A stretch of DNA of 64,000 nucleotides from Hydrolagus colliei (Eukaryota): the NCBI GenBank assembly GCA_035084275.1, contig CM068757.1:6262001-6326000 (forward strand). The letters are read 5' to 3'. A program made the position numbers and the translations under genes. Numbering within the stretch: position 1 is the stretch's first letter; each line of letters opens with the position of its first letter. The notes below the pieces were generated by a model, which did not search any database, was not told where the DNA came from, and saw only the letters and a list, made by a program, of their open reading frames with translations. This document shows positions 63,791 through 64,000 of the stretch, one piece after another.

Positions 63791-64000
63791 CAGTAGAACC
63801 TCAGTTGACGACCACCTCAGTGGCGCGACCATCCCCTCTAGGCAACCAGTCAGAGTTGGTCCCGAATATTTCCTAACTCATTTCCAATTAAATAAACCTC
63901 ACTGACGTGACCACCCCGGTTCCTGGACTGCGGCCACTGATTTGGCGGGTCCCAAACAACATTTTCATGGTCCTAACGCGACCACTCTGGCCAATCAGGG
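63791..64000. mobile_element. Left end of a Tc1/mariner (Tigger/pogo-like) non-autonomous element, cut by the window edge
   Basis: TA|CAGTAGAACCTC terminus with reiterated (C/T)GACCA(C/T) subterminal motifs at about 63809, 63826, 63908 and 63979. Confidence 0.65.

Larger units (their letters stand above)
377..64000 (+). other. MOB2: MOB2 intron 1 (continues beyond the window)
   Basis: Starts at the GTGAGT donor. AT-rich and repeat-littered, and no exon encoding KSK.KPNGKK was seen. Confidence 0.75.

Noticed and set aside
1-64000. CRISPR arrays, operons, rRNA or prokaryotic defence systems
   Set aside because: The sequence is a vertebrate intron; no regularly spaced repeat-spacer array or long coding ORFs were seen.

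Overview
This is vertebrate genomic DNA, not prokaryotic. The repeat landscape (DeuSINE/SacSINE1-like SINEs, L2 and CR1 LINE remnants, shark-type Penelope pLTR fragments) points to a cartilaginous fish, possibly a chimaera such as Callorhinchus. The window holds the 5' end of a + strand gene recognisable as MOB2: a CpG-island/ETS promoter, a first exon encoding MDWLMG (phase-2 donor at 376/377), then a >63 kb first intron in which I found no exon 2. About 50 kb into the intron are two candidate alternative first coding exons (MRLKRNGSYTLHR and MDILFCLDCVLFR), each 38 nt and in the same splice phase as exon 1. Other notable items: three upstream ATGs in the exon-1 leader, a ~0.9 kb GTGAGT/UG-rich array right after the donor, a young TA-flanked Tc1/mariner MITE with GC-rich cargo and cryptic splice sites, an apparently intact minimal hammerhead ribozyme in a Penelope fragment, a SINE family with strong strand bias, and a duplicated CTCF-like motif. 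Almost all supplied ORFs are spurious. Family and gene names come from recalled consensus sequences, not database searches, and old repeat boundaries are approximate. I do not see convincing evidence of a wholly new biological system.
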